This document shows, piece after piece, positions 58,570 to 64,000 of a stretch of DNA of 64,000 bases; the first letter of the stretch is position 1, and the number at the start of each line of letters is the position of its first letter. The stretch is from a virus. Below the pieces are notes generated by a model. It was not told where the DNA came from and ran no database searches. It saw nothing but the letters and a program-made list of their open reading frames with translations. The translations under genes were made by a program, and so were the position numbers. The stretch covers positions 64,001-128,000 of the IMG/VR virus record IMGVR_UViG_3300017760_000001. One strand, given 5' to 3'.

Positions 58570-59325
58570 CTATTGTTTCACGAATCTTTCAACATGTGCG
58601 CCACCATAGTAACACACATGACTTTCTTCGTATGGTTCACTGAGTATTTGATACCAACCATACTCTGCGCTTTTCAACTGTTTGTTGTTGTGTAGATCCC
58701 AAACTCTTTTAGAATCCCACAACTTTCTTGGATGAATTATTAATGGATCCATTAGATAGTATGCCCAATCATTAGTTATCTCAACTGGGTCAAAGTGTTT
58801 AGCAGCTGGTTTATCAACTGGAGGATAGTACCTAGGCAACTCTTTTAATCTGTTAATGCCATGTTTCCAACGAGTGTCTCTAGTTCCAAACCCGATAGCA
58901 ACATTCTCTTCATATGATTTCTTTATCAAACTTGTCCAGTCGATCGATGGGTCTAAAGAAATATAAGTGTCAAACCTCATACGAACACACATGTCGTACT
59001 CGTCACTAATTTCATTCAAGAGTTTATCGTAACCCAAAATCTGCATTGTTCTATACTGAGCTTGTTTTTTTGAAGTCGGGTTTGATCCATTGGCCATGGT
59101 TTGTTTATATTGTACATCTTTCCATTTAGGAAAAGGTTCAGTATCTAAAACTGGATGATAATTTATAGACGGCTGATCATGCACAAAGTCTACAATGTCA
59201 TCATTGCCTTCGCCTGACCAAGTAGAGGTAAATACATCAGCATCAGGAAATCTGCCATGCACTCTTTTTATATTTCTTTTCCATTCTCCTCTGACTTGAC
59301 CGTTTACTAATATCGCAGTCTTCAT
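58570..59325 (-). CDS. Putative glycosyltransferase, paralog D
   Basis: MKTAILVNGQVR, YDMCVRMRFD, D.LIIHP and EYGWYQIL motifs. Confidence 0.65.
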   Translation of the reverse strand: MKTAILVNGQVRGEWKRNIKRVHGRFPDADVFTSTWSGEGNDDIVDFVHDQPSINYHPVLDTEPFPKWKDVQYKQTMANGSNPTSKKQAQYRTMQILGYDKLLNEISDEYDMCVRMRFDTYISLDPSIDWTSLIKKSYEENVAIGFGTRDTRWKHGINRLKELPRYYPPVDKPAAKHFDPVEITNDWAYYLMDPLIIHPRKLWDSKRVWDLHNNKQLKSAEYGWYQILSEPYEESHVCYYGGAHVERFVKQ

Positions 59326-59327
59326 TT

Positions 59328-60677
59328 TTAACCTTTGAAATTTTCTAAGAAGTATGTTAGATCTTCGGGTGTACCTAGACCCCACATCTTAGATGCATTG
59401 TGAGTATAAATTCTTTTCTCACCCTCTATCGCTTGATTGAATACTGGACAAACATAGAACTCATTATTTACTCGGACATCTCTTTCGATCATCTGTTCTG
59501 CATAGTGAACAAAATCCTTACCGTTCTTCCAGTAATAATAACCAACAGTCGCAAGGTTACTGATAGGATTCTTCTCTGCCACCTCAGTAACACAACCAGA
59601 CTCGTCTATTTTAGCGAAAGACCATTTTGGGTGTGTCGCCTCAAAGGTGACGATACCACCGTCAGCATCTTTCTCGTTCATCGCATACATGAACTCCATG
59701 ACATCCCACTCAACATACTGATCAGAGTTTGCGAAGAACAACGGATTATCATTGTCGATATACTCTTTCGCAAGAAGTGCGGTACATGCAGCTCCTTCAG
59801 TTATACCATCAACCTCAACAATCTTACAGTCAGGCGCAATTAGATTCAACATGGTGTCAAGGTTATATTGTTCACGATGTTCTTTCTGTACAACAAAGAT
59901 ATAGTTCGCATCAAAACCAAGATTCTCCACAACAGTTTGGATCATTGGTTTTCCGTTGACATCGATCAACGGTTTAGGAAAAGTGTAACCCGCCTCTGCG
60001 AATCTACTTCCAGCGCCTGCCATAGGGATAAGAACATTGAGTTTCTCGTTCTTCCACTTTTTCATAATAGGTTTACCTTCTATTTTTGGAATGATATTAT
60101 CTATAGTTGTTTTATATGGGTTATCCACACGAATATAGTTTGCTCGTGATCTCTGTGCGGATAACAATCCTGGCGGACTGTCTTCTACAATTATGGTCTC
60201 TTCAGGTAACGTTCCCATCATTGACATCGCTTTCCAGTAGATCTCAGGATGTGGTTTACTATTCTTTACGTCCTCATTAGAAAGAATCACCGAACAGTGT
60301 TTTATGAGTTTAGCTTGTGCAAGTGACGTAACTACTGTTCGCCTAATAGAATTAGAACACACACCGATCTTGTAACCTTGATCCTCTAGTTCTTGGAACA
60401 GATCACAAATATGTTCTATAGGTTCTTGATTTGATAATAAGTCTCTTGTTATCTCTTGTTTCTTCTCACTAATCTCCGAGTGAAGTGTTGGGTCTAGTCC
60501 TTTTCTTTTGGTCAACATCTCCAACTTCTGTAGAGTCTTTAGACCATCATATGTCGCTAGATGTTCTTCTTCCGTGATTGCGTACTCAGGGCCTAATGCC
60601 TTATTCAACGCAACGAAGTGTATATTCTTCGCATCAATCAGAACACCATCTAAATCGAAAAGGACTAACTTAATCAC
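59328..60677 (-). CDS. Bifunctional HAD phosphatase / nucleotidyltransferase
   Basis: FDLDGVL, KPHP and VEDS (HAD); IPMAGAGSRF...PKPLI, EKNPIS, NEFYV.P and GLGTPEDL (NTP transferase). GTG start at 60677. Confidence 0.9.
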   Translation of the reverse strand: MIKLVLFDLDGVLIDAKNIHFVALNKALGPEYAITEEEHLATYDGLKTLQKLEMLTKRKGLDPTLHSEISEKKQEITRDLLSNQEPIEHICDLFQELEDQGYKIGVCSNSIRRTVVTSLAQAKLIKHCSVILSNEDVKNSKPHPEIYWKAMSMMGTLPEETIIVEDSPPGLLSAQRSRANYIRVDNPYKTTIDNIIPKIEGKPIMKKWKNEKLNVLIPMAGAGSRFAEAGYTFPKPLIDVNGKPMIQTVVENLGFDANYIFVVQKEHREQYNLDTMLNLIAPDCKIVEVDGITEGAACTALLAKEYIDNDNPLFFANSDQYVEWDVMEFMYAMNEKDADGGIVTFEATHPKWSFAKIDESGCVTEVAEKNPISNLATVGYYYWKNGKDFVHYAEQMIERDVRVNNEFYVCPVFNQAIEGEKRIYTHNASKMWGLGTPEDLTYFLENFKG

Positions 60678-61267
60678 TATAGATCCCAACTTATGGAAGG
60701 ACGTGTATCGCCCTTACCGTTCCAATGTATCGAACATCCACACTCTTCAATGATGGGAATGATCGCCTTTAAATTCTTTACGCCTTCTTTGTCACCGTTA
60801 AAACAGAAAGTCGATTCGTTCTGCATCTCTGGTGGGAAACAAACAAACGAACCCTCTTTAATTAATCCTTCAGGTTCATTCTCTAGAACAGATTCCACAC
60901 CATACTTCTTGGCGACTTCTAACATGGCACCTTTTTGACCATCTTCTTCTGCCCACTGAGCTTCTTCTAACTCCTCAAAGAAATCATCTTCTCCTTCTTC
61001 AAGTAACTCAGACTGCATAAACTCTTCGTGTACATCATACTCACAATCCTGTGAATGATTGAACAGTACCTTGGCGAGATCAACGTCTTTGTATTCTATC
61101 TTGTTACCGTCTTTGTCTTCACGAATCAGGTATCCATCTTTGTCGTACTGCGGATCAAAGTAATCAGGTACATCCATCCACGCACATGATTGACAACAGT
61201 AGTGCGCCCATCCCACGTACCATCCTTCTTCTTTAAGTCTTGCTTGTAACTTTCTAAAACCGTTCAT
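60677..61267 (-). CDS. Hypothetical protein with a CCQSC motif
   Basis: Acidic 196-aa ORF with its own promoter and a GAGG SD. Confidence 0.75.
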   Translation of the reverse strand: MNGFRKLQARLKEEGWYVGWAHYCCQSCAWMDVPDYFDPQYDKDGYLIREDKDGNKIEYKDVDLAKVLFNHSQDCEYDVHEEFMQSELLEEGEDDFFEELEEAQWAEEDGQKGAMLEVAKKYGVESVLENEPEGLIKEGSFVCFPPEMQNESTFCFNGDKEGVKNLKAIIPIIEECGCSIHWNGKGDTRPSISWDL

Positions 61268-61294
61268 AATATATTCCTCTCGTAGTTAATGTGT

Positions 61295-61323
61295 ATTATA
61301 ACACACTGGCGATTATTTGTCAA
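61295..61323 (-). promoter_or_regulatory. sigma70-type early promoter
   Basis: TTGACA-17-TATAAT with an extended -10 TG. Confidence 0.88.
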
Positions 61324-62104
61324 TCGCTTTCATTAGTTCCCCTACGTTCTCACCGTTGTTAGGTAACTTACTCTTGAGAAAGAAATGAACAAAGTGACAT
61401 TCTTTGATGTTGTTGACTGCACTGAACAGTCCGTTCCACTTACCACTCAAATGCTTGGTAGGGACTTTATATTTCTTCAGAAAGAAGTTCAGTAGTGTCT
61501 GGTCAGTACTCCACTTCCAGTTACCCATACCATCAACAAACTCTTTGAACTCTGACCGTTGGATAAACTGTTTACCTGTCTGACCTTTCAGGAATGGTTT
61601 GAACTTCTCGACATTGATCACAATCATACCCATGTTGAAGTATTCGAACCCTAGTTGATTTGGTTTAAAATCTAGTTTCTCAGAATGCAGATTGTTGTAC
61701 TGCATCGAACTGTAGTTTCTGATCTTCTGGGCATAGGTGGGGGTGACATCCATCTCACGTTCAGCAACAGCTCCATACGCACAGTTACAATCAAAGTCTT
61801 CTAGAATATTTGGTGCATCTTCACGGATGTAGATATCCGCATCAACAATCAATAGACGATCATAACCGTCCATCATGTCGAACGCATTCTCTTTCTCGTA
61901 GATGGGTAGGTAACCGCCATACTTCATGTATGACTCTGTACTGCGATTGGAAAAGAACGGATCAGGACGAATCATCATCTTGGGGGTGGTTTGGACGTGG
62001 TGGTCGAAACCATACTTCTCACAATACTGTTTAACACTCTCTATACAATGGTTGTATAACTTAGAGGGTTTACTCACCGATACTTGATATACTAATGTTT
62101 TCAT
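61313..62104 (-). CDS. Glycosyltransferase, GT-A fold (GT8/GT34-like)
   Basis: YCEKYG, IVDADI, YFNMG, DQTLLN, WN and HF motifs. Confidence 0.85.
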   Translation of the reverse strand: MKTLVYQVSVSKPSKLYNHCIESVKQYCEKYGFDHHVQTTPKMMIRPDPFFSNRSTESYMKYGGYLPIYEKENAFDMMDGYDRLLIVDADIYIREDAPNILEDFDCNCAYGAVAEREMDVTPTYAQKIRNYSSMQYNNLHSEKLDFKPNQLGFEYFNMGMIVINVEKFKPFLKGQTGKQFIQRSEFKEFVDGMGNWKWSTDQTLLNFFLKKYKVPTKHLSGKWNGLFSAVNNIKECHFVHFFLKSKLPNNGENVGELMKAIDK

Positions 62105-62109
62105 AATAT

Positions 62110-63819
62110 TTAAATTCCCAAACGCCTACAATATTTTATAAATTTTTCATCTGATATAATATTTCTTTTAATAGCCACTAACAAATCAACATTCTTATGT
62201 TGTCTTTTGTTACAGAAAATTTGATGCCAACCAAACTCACATGGGTACAACTTTTTTTCTTCATACATTTTAGAAACATCAATGTCTTCCATATCACTTT
62301 TTTTGAAAATGATCATCATATCCGATAAAAAATTATTCCAAATAGGATGATTCGTGCGACCTCCTTCACTTAAAGTGTCCTCGCCAATTACACAGTAGAA
62401 AGGACTATCTATATAATGTTTATAGATGTCTCTTTTCTTTTTAACTCTTTTACACCACTCATCCCAGTTTTTTCTTGCGTCTATTCCCCTAAAACTAACA
62501 CTGAGTTTACTGTTGCTTGATCTTCTAGTAGGGGAAGATAACCCTATAACACTATCATCTGCCAACGCATACAGTTCTTTTAACGGAAGATTGTCATTAA
62601 AATATATGTCCCATCGAGTTTTAACGTAATAGTCGTAATCTTTGGGAATACGTTTCCATTGTTCCCAAAACGACAGTTGTTGATTACAAGCAGAAGTGTG
62701 AGAATGGACTTTTTGTTTTTTACCACTTTGTTCGAATCTGATCAGTCCAAGCCAGTATTTTTCGTCTATTTCCTCATTTACCAAACTATATGGATTGTAA
62801 GAACATTTTGGTGGTGGTTTTACAAACTCAACTTTTATTTTGTCGCCGACCGCTTCGTAAACAAGTTTTCTTTGTTCTGGTGTGTCCCATGTCTGCCAGT
62901 ATATGTCACAACCTTGAAATTTCATCCGTAATCTTTGTACCGAGTCCTTAATTTGATCTGTGCTGATGTACTTTGGAATCATCCCATTTACCATTACAGC
63001 AACTTTTTTTGCAACTCGAAATTTTTCATGATGTACTGTGGCGTATACCGCATTTTCTTTTTTAGAAACATCTAAAACATACTTAGAGTTTGACCATCTC
63101 TCATTGTCATAAAATAAACTATGACGGTCTTTTCTGATATGATTTAATTTATAAACCATAGACCCAATTGCAAAACATAATCTATTTTGTAAGGAAGGAT
63201 CTTTCCATATCAAATGTAACAAAATTCTCGTCAAATATCCATCAATATTTTTTAATTTACTAACCTCACCATTTTCACTGATTCTAATTGGGTCAGATAA
63301 ACTAAAGTTTTCGATGACAGATAATATCTTGTTTATTATATAGGGAGTGTAATAACTACAATGAACCGTTGCTTCTCCAAACTGATAGAACTCAAACAAT
63401 TGCATGTCAGGCAATTCGTTAGTGATCACCATGTCATGATCCACCACTATATGTGGGCAATTTCTCTTGGAAATAAGTTTCCAAACCTCTACGTGAGAAT
63501 AGTAAACTGATTTTGCGGTATCTGATATAACTCTATTATAAAACTTACCGTCCGATCCTTTCAACGGTTTGTAACGTTCACTCGGTTCTGTAAGTTTCAG
63601 TCCAAGATCTATAGCCTGTTTAGATATATACTCTAATTTGTGTGGCAATAGTTCATTACCAAAATCCAAATAATTATACTTTTCCAAATCATTTGGTGTT
63701 ATTGCATCAAAAAACTCAGTTACGTAACCAAACTTTTCCCAAGAATCTCTGGTTATCTTTGAAAGTTTATCGGATTTTGGATCGTTCTTGTCACGTATAA
63801 TGATTACTGGTAAAGTCAT
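62110..63819 (-). CDS. Two-domain glycosyltransferase: GT25-like plus MKTAILxxG-family domain
   Basis: N-terminal FFDAITP, YSH..VW and VVDHD; C-terminal VAVMVNG, QTW, YDYYVKTRWD and EFGWHQ. Confidence 0.75.
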   Translation of the reverse strand: MTLPVIIIRDKNDPKSDKLSKITRDSWEKFGYVTEFFDAITPNDLEKYNYLDFGNELLPHKLEYISKQAIDLGLKLTEPSERYKPLKGSDGKFYNRVISDTAKSVYYSHVEVWKLISKRNCPHIVVDHDMVITNELPDMQLFEFYQFGEATVHCSYYTPYIINKILSVIENFSLSDPIRISENGEVSKLKNIDGYLTRILLHLIWKDPSLQNRLCFAIGSMVYKLNHIRKDRHSLFYDNERWSNSKYVLDVSKKENAVYATVHHEKFRVAKKVAVMVNGMIPKYISTDQIKDSVQRLRMKFQGCDIYWQTWDTPEQRKLVYEAVGDKIKVEFVKPPPKCSYNPYSLVNEEIDEKYWLGLIRFEQSGKKQKVHSHTSACNQQLSFWEQWKRIPKDYDYYVKTRWDIYFNDNLPLKELYALADDSVIGLSSPTRRSSNSKLSVSFRGIDARKNWDEWCKRVKKKRDIYKHYIDSPFYCVIGEDTLSEGGRTNHPIWNNFLSDMMIIFKKSDMEDIDVSKMYEEKKLYPCEFGWHQIFCNKRQHKNVDLLVAIKRNIISDEKFIKYCRRLGI

Positions 63820-64000
63820 ATGTTTTCAACATGTTCCCACAAAGCAAAGATACCATCAATATTAACATAGTCTCTTTTTTGACAAAGTATTTCATGCCAC
63901 TCATCTTTATTAATTGGTTGATCTGTACTCACACCATCCATATCACTTTTTTTAAAAATTATACAATCATCACACACTATTCCTTCACTAACCATACTAT
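63816..64000 (-). CDS. 3' end of a further paralog of the same family (truncated by the window edge)
   Basis: Manual translation ...CIIFKKSDMDGV...EWHEILCQKRDYVNID matches MIIFKKSDMED...WHQIFCNKRQHKNVD of the next gene. Confidence 0.7.
   Translation of the reverse strand, partial: SMVSEGIVCDDCIIFKKSDMDGVSTDQPINKDEWHEILCQKRDYVNIDGIFALWEHVENI

Noticed and set aside
1-64000. Alternative genetic code or stop-codon recoding
   Set aside because: Core genes are full length under the standard code, and TAA, TAG and TGA all serve as stops.

Overview
A 64-kb piece of an AT-rich T4-like (Tevenvirinae-related, probably marine) myophage genome. The host cannot be determined from the sequence, and no photosynthesis genes are seen. 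1-38.2 kb (minus strand) is the late virion module: gp17/16 terminase, gp15/14/13 neck, a block of fibre and accessory genes, baseplate gp8/9/7/6/25, a gp5 split into separate genes, then gp27-like, gp53 and gp48. 38.3-43.2 kb (plus strand) holds gp4, gp2, a gp54-like gene, gp26/gp51 and a tape-measure-like gene. 43.2-48.7 kb holds gp32, gp33 and small early genes behind consensus sigma70 promoters. 50.9-64 kb is a large glycan-biosynthesis island that also carries GroES, a lipase and a thermonuclease. The most striking observations are five. (1) A 1102-aa fibre-like protein has aromatic [YF]xG[DN] blocks and Arg/Ser/Thr-rich blocks arranged as mirror images about its centre, suggesting a fold-back hairpin, and it lies near an oxygenase-like and a glycosyltransferase gene. 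(2) A probable programmed -1 frameshift (G GAT TTT TTA) fuses gp26 to gp51 just upstream of the tape measure gene. (3) A cupredoxin-like domain is nested inside the neck protein. (4) The gp5 is split and carries intact and apparently degenerate peptidoglycan hydrolase domains. (5) A family of putative glycosyltransferases is expanding by duplication. All calls come from motif recognition by eye; no searches were run.
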